Part shown: positions 24,518 through 32,000 of the stretch, piece by piece
How the letters are laid out: every line of letters begins with the position of its first letter
How positions within the stretch are numbered: position 1 is the stretch's first letter
Assembly: GCF_000010065.1 (NCBI RefSeq)
Contig: NC_006576.1
Coordinates: 1,860,001-1,892,000, forward strand
From: Synechococcus elongatus PCC 6301
Lineage (GTDB): Bacteria > Cyanobacteriota > Cyanobacteriia > Synechococcales > Synechococcaceae
Reading direction: 5' to 3'
DNA: 32,000 nt
Program-made: the position numbers and the translations under genes
The notes under the pieces: generated by a model
The model's input: only the letters and a program-made list of their open reading frames with translations
Told to the model about the DNA's origin: nothing
Databases searched by the model: none

Positions 24518-26146
24518 CTAGACTTCAATTGGCTTTTGGCCTGCAGCGACGGGGGCAACTGATCGCAGTTGCAGTTCTGGGTGATCAGCCTCGATCTGTC
24601 GCAGATTCCACTCGTTCTTAAAGAGCAGGACCGGACGACCCCAGGTGTCTTTCACCGTTGTCGTGTTGAACAGTCGCCCAACCTTCTCGAGAACATCCCA
24701 GCCGCCTTCCACCCAGCGAGCCACGCTGAAGGGCAGGGGCTCTAGGAGGGTTTCAACGCCGTACTCATTCTCCAAGCGGTATTGCACGACTTCGAGTTGC
24801 AGTTGACCAACGGCCGCCAGAATCGAGTCACGCTTGGCACTATCGGCCGAATACATAATCTGCACGGCGCCTTCTTCCCGCAGCTCCGAAACGCCTTTAC
24901 GGAAGGGCTTGAACTTCGAGGGGTTGGGGTTGCGCAGATAGGCAAAAATCTCGGGTGAGAAGCAAGGGATGCCGTCGTACTCCAGCCGTTTGCCGGTGTA
25001 GATCGTGTCGCCGATCGCAAACATTCCGGGGTTATTGAGGCCGATCATATCGCCGGGATATGCATCATCGAGAACTTCCCGATCCTGACCGAACAGTTTT
25101 TGTGGCCGCGACAGGCGTAAGGTACGACCACTGCGGGCATGTTGCACGGTCATGTCCTTCTCAAACTTGCCGGTACAAACCCGCACAAAGGCAATGCGAT
25201 CGCGGTGGCGCGGATCCATGTTGGCCTGCAGCTTGAAGACAAAGCCACTGAACTCGGGATAGTCCGGCGCCATGTCGCCGACGCTGCTGCGGCGTGCCCC
25301 TGGCTTGAGGGCGTAGTCCAAGAAAGCTTCAAGAAAGAGTTCCACGCCAAAGTTGGTCATGGCGCTGCCCCAGAATACCGGCGTCAGTTGACCGGCGTGA
25401 ATCGCCTCAAGGTCAAACTCGGTGCCGACTCCTTCCAAGAGCTCCAGTTCATCCTGCAGCTGCTGCAACAGATCTGGCTCGATCAAGTCCGCGAGCTGTG
25501 GATCGCCCCACTCCAAGGTGGTGTCTTTCGCCTGACGCTTGCCATGAACGCTGCGCTCGAACAGGTGGACTTGTTGCTTGCGGCGATCGAAAACCCCTCG
25601 GAAGCGATCGCCGGAGCCAATTGGCCAGTTGACTGCATAGGTCTGCAGACCCAACTCTTGCTCGATTTCATCCAGCAGTTCCAACGGCTCCCGCCCCGGC
25701 CGATCCATCTTGTTGAAGAAGGTGAAGATCGGGATGTTGCGCATCCGGCAGACTTCAAACAGCTTGCGCGTCTGCGGCTCCAAGCCCTTGGCTGCGTCCT
25801 CAAGCATCACTGCGTTATCAGCAGCAGCAAGGGTGCGATAGGTGTCTTCGCTAAAGTCTTGGTGACCGGGCGTGTCGAGCAGGTTGATCGTGCAGTCGTG
25901 GTAGTTGAACTGCAGCACGGTTGAGGTGATCGAAATTCCCCGCTGTTTCTCCAGCTCCATCCAGTCCGAGGTTGCGGCTCGCTGACTCCGTTTTGCTTTG
26001 ACAGCGCCGGCTTCCTGAATGGCTCCCCCGTACAGCAACAATTTTTCGGTCAGCGTGGTTTTGCCTGCATCAGGGTGCGAAATAATCGCAAAGTTGCGGC
26101 GCTGCTGAACGGCTTCTTGAATCTCTTTCTGAAGGTCAGTGACCAT
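24518..26146 (-). CDS. prfC: Peptide chain release factor 3 (translational GTPase)
   Basis: GTPase motifs [20 protein letters not shown] and NKMD, with an RF3-like body. The ATG at 26146 ([31 protein letters not shown]) is preferred to the longer track start at 26188. Confidence 0.95.
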   Translation of the reverse strand: MVTDLQKEIQEAVQQRRNFAIISHPDAGKTTLTEKLLLYGGAIQEAGAVKAKRSQRAATSDWMELEKQRGISITSTVLQFNYHDCTINLLDTPGHQDFSEDTYRTLAAADNAVMLEDAAKGLEPQTRKLFEVCRMRNIPIFTFFNKMDRPGREPLELLDEIEQELGLQTYAVNWPIGSGDRFRGVFDRRKQQVHLFERSVHGKRQAKDTTLEWGDPQLADLIEPDLLQQLQDELELLEGVGTEFDLEAIHAGQLTPVFWGSAMTNFGVELFLEAFLDYALKPGARRSSVGDMAPDYPEFSGFVFKLQANMDPRHRDRIAFVRVCTGKFEKDMTVQHARSGRTLRLSRPQKLFGQDREVLDDAYPGDMIGLNNPGMFAIGDTIYTGKRLEYDGIPCFSPEIFAYLRNPNPSKFKPFRKGVSELREEGAVQIMYSADSAKRDSILAAVGQLQLEVVQYRLENEYGVETLLEPLPFSVARWVEGGWDVLEKVGRLFNTTTVKDTWGRPVLLFKNEWNLRQIEADHPELQLRSVAPVAAGQKPIEV

Positions 26147-26259
26147 GCGGAACCAGGGGGAGGAGCAGAGGAAGGAATGAACTCCCATTTTGACATTCGG
26201 TCTGCTCCCTAGGGGATTCGCTAGGCTGAAGCGAGCCCCGTCATGAGGCGCTTCTGACT

Positions 26260-26865
26260 ATGGTGTTTCCGCCTCTCGATCGCGCTTTGAAAGAATGGCC
26301 TGCCGCGATCGCAGCCCTCGCCAACGGAGACTCGATTCTGCTCCTGCGTAAGGGTGGCATTCAGGAACCTCAAGGTCAATTTTGGCCTGCCACGACAGCT
26401 GTTTGGTTATTGCCCAGCATTGAGCATCAGCAACCCGAAGCATTGCGAGTTCCCGCAGAAGCGATCGCTCATGAAGTACCGGAGCAATTAGAACTGTCGG
26501 TCTGGGCAGAAATCAGCCAAGCAATTCCTCTACCCGCTCACTTCCCTCTGACTGACTTGAGTGCTAGCACGGTCTGGACGACGGCGTTCCTCGAGCAGCG
26601 GCGGCACTGGAAACCAGAACAACCGCTGTGGCTTTTGGTGCTACGAACCTATCGCGTGCCAGAATCGCGATCGCTGGCTTGGCAAGCGTCCTACCGTGGC
26701 TGTCGCTCTTGGATTACGTTGGCAGAACCCTTGTCGCGGCAAGATTCAGAGCCAGTGTTGAGCGATCGCGCTTTTGCTGACCAGTGGCAGGCGATCGCCG
26801 AAATTCTGCAGCGTGGAGGACTAACGCTCGATGGACTACCAACAGCAGCTCACGCAGCTGATTGA
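26260..26865 (+). CDS. DUF1802 family protein
   Basis: 201 aa. The N-terminal block ALKEWPAAIAALANGDSILLLRKGGI matches the DUF1802 signature as I remember it. The gene is divergent from prfC. Confidence 0.75.
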   Translation: MVFPPLDRALKEWPAAIAALANGDSILLLRKGGIQEPQGQFWPATTAVWLLPSIEHQQPEALRVPAEAIAHEVPEQLELSVWAEISQAIPLPAHFPLTDLSASTVWTTAFLEQRRHWKPEQPLWLLVLRTYRVPESRSLAWQASYRGCRSWITLAEPLSRQDSEPVLSDRAFADQWQAIAEILQRGGLTLDGLPTAAHAAD

Positions 26866-27256
26866 GCAGCAAACCGATCCGGAGTTGCAGCTTCGCCTCA
26901 GTGCCTTGGCTCCTCTATTGCTGGCTACGGCTGAGGCCCTGGGGCAATATCACTTTTACGTCCCTACCAGTACAGCGGGCGACTGGGTGGTGACGACCTA
27001 CCGCCGGGAGGACGAAAGCAAGCGGGTGCTGGAGGTGTTTAGTCGGCGTCAAATGGCCAGCGATCGCTGCCAATCCGCAACCGAAACGGTAACCGCAATC
27101 GGGGCGATCGAGCTGATCCTCAGCCTGCTCGTCGAGGACCTTGATTCCGTCGTTGCTTATCGGTCTGACGACAATACAGGGCGGGAATTGACGAAAACCG
27201 GACTAATTACACGAATTCAGGCCTTTACCAACCAGAGTTCTGGATTGTTTGCCTAG
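26831..27256 (+). CDS. Hypothetical protein (141 aa), overlapping the DUF1802 gene by 35 nt
   Basis: The ATG at 26831 is preceded by GGAGGA (26815-26820). The composition is protein-like and the product is soluble. A weak resemblance to SseB-like domains (YVP....G.W....VFS) is not established. Confidence 0.6.
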   Translation: MDYQQQLTQLIEQQTDPELQLRLSALAPLLLATAEALGQYHFYVPTSTAGDWVVTTYRREDESKRVLEVFSRRQMASDRCQSATETVTAIGAIELILSLLVEDLDSVVAYRSDDNTGRELTKTGLITRIQAFTNQSSGLFA

Positions 27257-27272
27257 GCGAAGGCACGGGGCA

Positions 27273-28244
27273 CTAAGAGAGGCGGCTGAGGACATAGCTG
27301 GTCAGGCTGATCAAGGTTTCCTTGCAGTCGGAAGCGGGCAGCACATCCAAGGCTTGAACGGCCTTCTGGGCATGTTCTGCGGCCAAGGCGCGAGTCCGGG
27401 CTAGACCCTGACTGTTGTGGACCAAAGCGATCGCCTGTTCAAAATCCTGAGCCTGCGAAAACTCTCGTTCAATCAAAGGCACTAAGGCCGGATGCTCTTC
27501 GATCGCGTAGAGGGCTGGAGCCGTCAGGTTACCGCTGGCCAAGTCCGAACCAGCAGGTTTGCCAAGCACTTCTTCTGAGCCGGTGAAATCTAAGATGTCA
27601 TCGACGATTTGGAAGGCGAGACCGAGCGATCGGCCGTAGTCATAGAGCGCGTCGCAGACGGTTTCTGAGGAACCACTCAGAACGCTCGCCGCTCGAGCAC
27701 TGTTGGCGAGGAGAGAGGCAGTTTTGTAGTAGCTCTTGTCGAGGTAGACCTCAATGGAGAGGCTGCTATCAAAGCGATTCAGCCCTTGCAGAATCTCGCC
27801 TTCAGCCAAATCCATGATCACTTGAGACAGGAGCTTGACGACCGTCAGACTGTCGAGATGCGCCAAATGCCAAGAAGCTTGGGCGAACAGGAAGTCACCG
27901 GCGAGGACTGCAACGCGATTACTAAAGCTGCTGTGAACTGTGGGAATGCCGCGGCGTAGGGAGGATTCATCGACCACGTCATCGTGGACCAAACTGGCCG
28001 TGTGGATCATCTCGGTGATCTCGGCCAAGCGCCGATGGCGTGGCGTAATTTCTTGGCCGGGCATCGTGGCTCGCGAGAGCAGCAACACGACCGCAGGACG
28101 AAGTCGCTTGCCACCGGCTCCGAAGAGATGGTCAGCGGCGGCGTAGAGAATAGGATGTCTCGCCCCGATCAACTGCTTGAGCGTGTCAGTCAGCAGTTGC
28201 AGATCCGCCTCGACGGGGGCAAAGAGCGAGGTCACCGAAGTCAT
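27273..28244 (-). CDS. sds: Long-chain all-trans polyprenyl diphosphate synthase (solanesyl/nonaprenyl diphosphate synthase, plastoquinone side chain)
   Basis: 323 aa with the first and second Asp-rich motifs, LVHDDVVDES and QIVDDILDFT, and the GKPAGSDL block. Confidence 0.92.
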   Translation of the reverse strand: MTSVTSLFAPVEADLQLLTDTLKQLIGARHPILYAAADHLFGAGGKRLRPAVVLLLSRATMPGQEITPRHRRLAEITEMIHTASLVHDDVVDESSLRRGIPTVHSSFSNRVAVLAGDFLFAQASWHLAHLDSLTVVKLLSQVIMDLAEGEILQGLNRFDSSLSIEVYLDKSYYKTASLLANSARAASVLSGSSETVCDALYDYGRSLGLAFQIVDDILDFTGSEEVLGKPAGSDLASGNLTAPALYAIEEHPALVPLIEREFSQAQDFEQAIALVHNSQGLARTRALAAEHAQKAVQALDVLPASDCKETLISLTSYVLSRLS

Positions 28245-28287
28245 GGGCGGCGTCGTCGTTACGATTTTTTACAATCTGGCTCTTATT

Positions 28288-29157
28288 CTAAGCTACGCCT
28301 TCCGCTTCCGAAGCAAAGTGGGCAGAAGGAAGCGATCGCGTCGGTAGTTGAATCAGGTCGACAGGAGCTTGAAACCCTAGCCACCGCTCGATCGCCAGAC
28401 TGAAATGCTGAGGATCGTGGCTGACACAAAATCGCACCGTACTGGCCTTAGAGGTGTGACTGAGTCCTAAGACTTCCAGCTCCATTTGCACCGATCGGGT
28501 CACGGCTTCTGCCGGATCCAGTAGGTGCGTGCTGCTGGGCAGCAGCTGTTGAATCACCGGCGCTAAATGCGGGTAGTGGGTACAACCATAGATCAACGTA
28601 TCCACCTGCGCCTCGATCAATGGAGCAAGGTATTGAGCTGCCACCTGCAGCGTCTGGGGATCATGAATCCGTTGCTGCTCTACCAAAGGGACGAACTCAG
28701 GGCAGCCAATTTCCCAGACTTGAACGTTGGGGTTGGCCTCGCGTAGAGCCTGGCGATAGGCACGACTTTGGGCAGTGGCAGCCGTGGCAATCACGCCAAT
28801 CCGCTGGCCCCGTTGGACGGCAACCCGCGCAGCAGGCTGAATGAGGCCAATGAGCGGCATGGTGTAGTCTCCACGCAGCGCTTCGAGGGCTAGGGCCGAG
28901 CTGGTGTTGCAGGCCATAACGACTAACTTGCAACCCTCGGCCTGCATCCAGTCCAAGATCTCGCGCACGAACTGGCGAATCTCCGCCGGCGATCGCGTGC
29001 CGTAGGGCAGCCGTGCCGTGTCGCCAAAGTAGAGAAAACTTTCGTGGGGGAGCTGACGCTGCAGCTCGCGCAGGACGGTGAGTCCCCCAACACCGCTGTC
29101 AAACACACCGATCGGGGCAGCAGTTGAAGAATGCAAAAAAATAGCCCCCGGCGGCAT
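28288..29157 (-). CDS. murI: Glutamate racemase
   Basis: IGVFDSGVGGLTVLREL, the catalytic Cys motifs MACNTSS and GCTHYP, and a length of 289 aa. Confidence 0.93.
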   Translation of the reverse strand: MPPGAIFLHSSTAAPIGVFDSGVGGLTVLRELQRQLPHESFLYFGDTARLPYGTRSPAEIRQFVREILDWMQAEGCKLVVMACNTSSALALEALRGDYTMPLIGLIQPAARVAVQRGQRIGVIATAATAQSRAYRQALREANPNVQVWEIGCPEFVPLVEQQRIHDPQTLQVAAQYLAPLIEAQVDTLIYGCTHYPHLAPVIQQLLPSSTHLLDPAEAVTRSVQMELEVLGLSHTSKASTVRFCVSHDPQHFSLAIERWLGFQAPVDLIQLPTRSLPSAHFASEAEGVA

Positions 29158-29169
29158 GGAGCAACGGCC

Positions 29170-30204
29170 TCAGTTTTGACGGACGTACTGTAGGATACCG
29201 CGGGCGATCGCTTCTGCCATTTTGCGCCGGTGATTGGGGTTGGCTAGGTTGCGGCTGTCCTCACTGCCCGTCACGAAGCCGGTTTCCACCAGAACGGCAG
29301 GCATGGTGGTACGCCGAATCACGTAAAACCGTGCCTGACGCACACCGCGATCGCGAATCGATACGCTGGACAGAATTGACTGATGGATAGTGCGAGCCAG
29401 TCGTTCTCCCGCTTGGGAAGCGTAGTAGTAGGTCTCGAGTCCATTGACTTCGGGGCGATCGAGACTGAGGGCATTGGCATGGATGCTGACAAAAATATCG
29501 GCACGGGCCTGCTCTGCAATTTGTACCCGTGGCTCGAGATCAAGGTCGATGTCCGCGGTGCGAGTCATGCGGACATCGAGACCGCTGTTGCGGAGAATCG
29601 CGGCGACTTGCTGGGAAATGTCGAGAACCAGCTCCGCTTCTTGCAGGCCGTTGATCCCGATCGCACCTGGATCGGGACCGCCATGACCTGGGTCAATTAC
29701 GACAATCTGGCGGCCCACCTGAGGCGATCGCGGTGGGGGTAGCTGGGGCTGTCGAGAGGGCGGGGGCGTCACCGGCGATCGCGGTGGCACAATGCCCCCA
29801 CCTGCAAAGCGGAGTGCTGGCTGCAGCCGAATCTGCCAAGTGGTGGCATCGGGGCCTTCGACCCGTAGCTGACTGGGATCGACTGTATAGCCTGGGGCAA
29901 TTTCAATCACGAGGCGAGTAATGCCGGCTTCGGGCTGACCCACCCGAATTTCCCGGATACCGGCACCCCCCTGAATCGGCGATCGATTGGCAGGTAAGGT
30001 GGCGCCCGGCAGGTCGATCACGATCCGCTGGGGATTAAAGATCAGTTGCGCTTGGGGAGCGATCGCCCCTTGAGTCTTGAACTCTAGGCGATTCTGACTC
30101 GCATCCAAGCGCCAAAACAGCAGTTGATTGGCTCGGGCCGGCAACGCTAAAACTGTCGTGAGTAACAGGCTGCCTAGACCAATAGCCCAAGTTCGCGATC
30201 GCAT
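29170..30204 (-). CDS. amiC: N-acetylmuramoyl-L-alanine amidase (AMIN domain + Amidase_3), AmiC-like
   Basis: Signal peptide (LALPARANQ), an AMIN-like N-terminal domain, a Pro-rich linker (PPRSPVTPPPSRQPQLPPPRSPQ) and Amidase_3 motifs (VVIDPGHGGPDPGA, FVSIHANA, VLVETGF). Confidence 0.9.
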   Translation of the reverse strand: MRSRTWAIGLGSLLLTTVLALPARANQLLFWRLDASQNRLEFKTQGAIAPQAQLIFNPQRIVIDLPGATLPANRSPIQGGAGIREIRVGQPEAGITRLVIEIAPGYTVDPSQLRVEGPDATTWQIRLQPALRFAGGGIVPPRSPVTPPPSRQPQLPPPRSPQVGRQIVVIDPGHGGPDPGAIGINGLQEAELVLDISQQVAAILRNSGLDVRMTRTADIDLDLEPRVQIAEQARADIFVSIHANALSLDRPEVNGLETYYYASQAGERLARTIHQSILSSVSIRDRGVRQARFYVIRRTTMPAVLVETGFVTGSEDSRNLANPNHRRKMAEAIARGILQYVRQN

Positions 30205-30253
30205 GCCTGTTCTCCTCAGCCAAGCTCACTCTGCTGCCTGCCCGACGCTGCCA

Positions 30254-31636
30254 CTAAGAGCCAGGTTCCACAGCAGTCGTGGGTTCTCCTCGGAAGGCTA
30301 ACCGCAACAGCGGGGGAGCCAGGAACGTGGTCATGATCACCATGACAATCACGCCTGCGTTCAGCGATTCGGACAGAATACCGCTGCTCGCGCCCACCCC
30401 TGCAAAAACGAGGCCGACCTCACCGCGCGGAATCATCCCTACGCCTATCGCCAGACGGTTGAGCGGGGTCGAACTACCCACCAAGCGGAAGCCGGTGATC
30501 ACTTTGCCCAGCACGGCTACAACTAGCAAGAAGCCGGCAATAATCAGCCCGGCCCGATTGACTGGATCGGCTGGGTTGAGAACGCTCAGATCGGTTTTGG
30601 CACCAACCACCACAAAAAAGATCGGCACGAGAACGTCAGCCAGGGGTTTCACCTGCTCCTTCAGTTCTTCGCCCTTCTCGGTTTCAGCCAAAATTAAGCC
30701 GACAGCAAACGCCCCCAAAATGGCTTCCAGACGCACAAACTGAGCAATCAAGCCCGCTAGGATGGCAGCGACCAAGGCGACCACCAGCACTTCACCCCGA
30801 GTCTGCATGCTGCTGACCAGGTTGACGAAGAACGGATTCAGCCAGCGGCCGATAAAAATGGCACCCACCAAAAAGGCCGTCGAGCTGACGATCAAAATCA
30901 CAATGTTGCTGGGGCGAATTTCGCCGGTTTTCGCCAAGCTGCTCACGACCGCCAAGACGATGATGCCGAGGATGTCATCGATGATGGCGGCGCCAATGAT
31001 GATTTGACCTTCTGGTGAATTGAGTCGGCCTAGCTCAGACAGCACCTTGGCTGTAATGCCAATGCTAGTGGCGGTGAGGGCAGCCCCGGCAAAGACAGCC
31101 GGAATCGTCGCAATGTGGAACAGGTAAATCAGGCCCAACGTGCCGGCGGCAAAGGGTGCTGCGACGCCCACAACGGCCACGATCGCTGCCTTCGTGCCAA
31201 CCTTGAGCAGTTCATCGAGGTTAGATTCGAGGCCAATTTCGAATAAGAGGATAATGACGCCAATCTCAGACAGCACCGAGATCACTTCTGACTGCGTCGC
31301 AAAAATCGTCGGCATCCAGTTGTCAGGGGCGCCGCTGATCTGCTGCAGGAAGTTGAGGAGAACGACATCCTCGGCTCCGGCTCCACTCGAGGGGAACACG
31401 AGAAGTCGCAGAACAGAGGTGCCGACCAGGACGCCTCCCAGTAGCTCACCCAGCACGGGGGGGAGATTGACACGCACGCAGAGTTCCCCACCCAGTTTGC
31501 TGGCGAGGTAGACCACGACCAGTCCTAGAAGCACAGAGACCAAAATCAGGGTCGAGGCTTCAGGACTCTCAATAATCTCAATCGTCTCGGCCAAGATGGG
31601 AGGCCATCCCAGCGCTGAACTCAAGAATTGAAGCAT
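30254..31636 (-). CDS. Cation:proton antiporter (Na+/H+ exchanger family, CPA-type)
   Basis: Polytopic membrane protein of about 460 aa with a Na_H_exchanger-like pattern (LPPVLGELLGGVLVG, IIDDILGIIVLAV). ATG at 31636; the track start is the TTG at 31639. Confidence 0.9.
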   Translation of the reverse strand: MLQFLSSALGWPPILAETIEIIESPEASTLILVSVLLGLVVVYLASKLGGELCVRVNLPPVLGELLGGVLVGTSVLRLLVFPSSGAGAEDVVLLNFLQQISGAPDNWMPTIFATQSEVISVLSEIGVIILLFEIGLESNLDELLKVGTKAAIVAVVGVAAPFAAGTLGLIYLFHIATIPAVFAGAALTATSIGITAKVLSELGRLNSPEGQIIIGAAIIDDILGIIVLAVVSSLAKTGEIRPSNIVILIVSSTAFLVGAIFIGRWLNPFFVNLVSSMQTRGEVLVVALVAAILAGLIAQFVRLEAILGAFAVGLILAETEKGEELKEQVKPLADVLVPIFFVVVGAKTDLSVLNPADPVNRAGLIIAGFLLVVAVLGKVITGFRLVGSSTPLNRLAIGVGMIPRGEVGLVFAGVGASSGILSESLNAGVIVMVIMTTFLAPPLLRLAFRGEPTTAVEPGS

Positions 31637-31674
31637 CAAGTGTCTTTACACTCCTTGTACGGATACAGCCGAGA

Positions 31675-32000
31675 TTATGCACTCGGGACTGTAGTTGAAA
31701 GGACGCGGTGTTGGAGACAGGGCATCTGCTGGCGCACGGTAGCCAGCCGCCGAGGCGAGATTTCAGCGATCGCGAGGCCAGGCTCGCGCCCTGCATTGGC
31801 CAAAACAATCCCCCACGGATCGACAATCATGGCGTGGCCATGGGTTTGACGGCGTCCGTAATGAACACCCGTTTGTGCCGGCGCAATGATATATGCCGTA
31901 TTCTCAATCGCTCGGGCCTGCAGCAGTACCTGCCAGTGATCTTTGCCGGTAAAGGCAGTGAATGCCGCTGGCACAAAAATCACTTCTGCCGACTGATTGG
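31675..32000 (-). CDS. Carbon-nitrogen hydrolase (nitrilase superfamily), C-terminal part only; the 5' end is beyond the window
   Basis: The frame stays open to position 32000 (..NQSAEVIFVPAAFTAFTGKDHWQVLLQARAIENTAYIIAPAQTG...GHAMIVDPWG..LA), which is typical of the C-terminal half of CN-hydrolases. Confidence 0.85.
   Translation of the reverse strand, partial: NQSAEVIFVPAAFTAFTGKDHWQVLLQARAIENTAYIIAPAQTGVHYGRRQTHGHAMIVDPWGIVLANAGREPGLAIAEISPRRLATVRQQMPCLQHRVLSTTVPSA

Noticed and set aside
25139-25924. 261-aa ORF on the plus strand
   Set aside because: It is entirely antisense to prfC, which has unmistakable GTPase motifs. The composition is Leu/Ala/Gln/Val-rich, typical of the mirror frame of a GC-rich gene. 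No start context or family resemblance.
28245-28293. TAGAAT -10-like hexamer overlapping the murI stop as an internal promoter for sds
   Set aside because: It is a single hexamer with no -35 element or other support, and it could equally be chance in a 43-bp AT-richer spacer. Not reported as a feature.
1-32000. Highly repeated GCGATCGC octamers considered as a possible CRISPR-like or tandem-repeat array
   Set aside because: The copies are isolated 8-bp palindromes scattered inside coding regions at irregular spacing. This is the known cyanobacterial HIP1 element, not an array with spacers.

Overview
The window is dense, mostly minus-strand cyanobacterial core chromosome. The octamer GCGATCGC (HIP1) is extremely abundant, and the gene order hypD / DHOD-like / nifJ ... 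ddl / ftsQ / ftsZ / thiD ... prfC ... murI / amiC resembles Synechococcus elongatus (PCC 7942/6301 type). That assignment is inferred from memory and has not been searched. I support about 30 protein genes. Two RNA genes are invisible to the ORF track: an SRP (4.5S) RNA at about 9031-9125 (+) and tRNA-His(GUG) at 23461-23535 (-). A hypD gene runs off the left edge and is also missing from the track. The track uses the longest ATG/GTG/TTG ORF, so I trimmed several N-termini to the first start that fits the conserved protein family. I see no CRISPR array, transposase, integrase, phage genes or recognisable defence system. No obvious self-contained novel system is present. The best candidates for undescribed biology are: (1) a translationally coupled nifJ / catalytically degenerate DHOD-like flavoprotein / hypD unit; (2) an enolase-superfamily epimerase / DUF1611 / stand-alone LpxA-homolog operon; (3) a low-GC, HIP1-poor RND efflux operon next to tRNA-His, with a coupled 69-aa two-TM protein; (4) an orphan Nif11-domain peptide; (5) a DUF1802 gene overlapping an unknown gene; and (6) an uncharacterised membrane-anchored protein inside the ddl-ftsQ-ftsZ cluster. 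All functional calls come from reading motifs in the translations. No database search was run.
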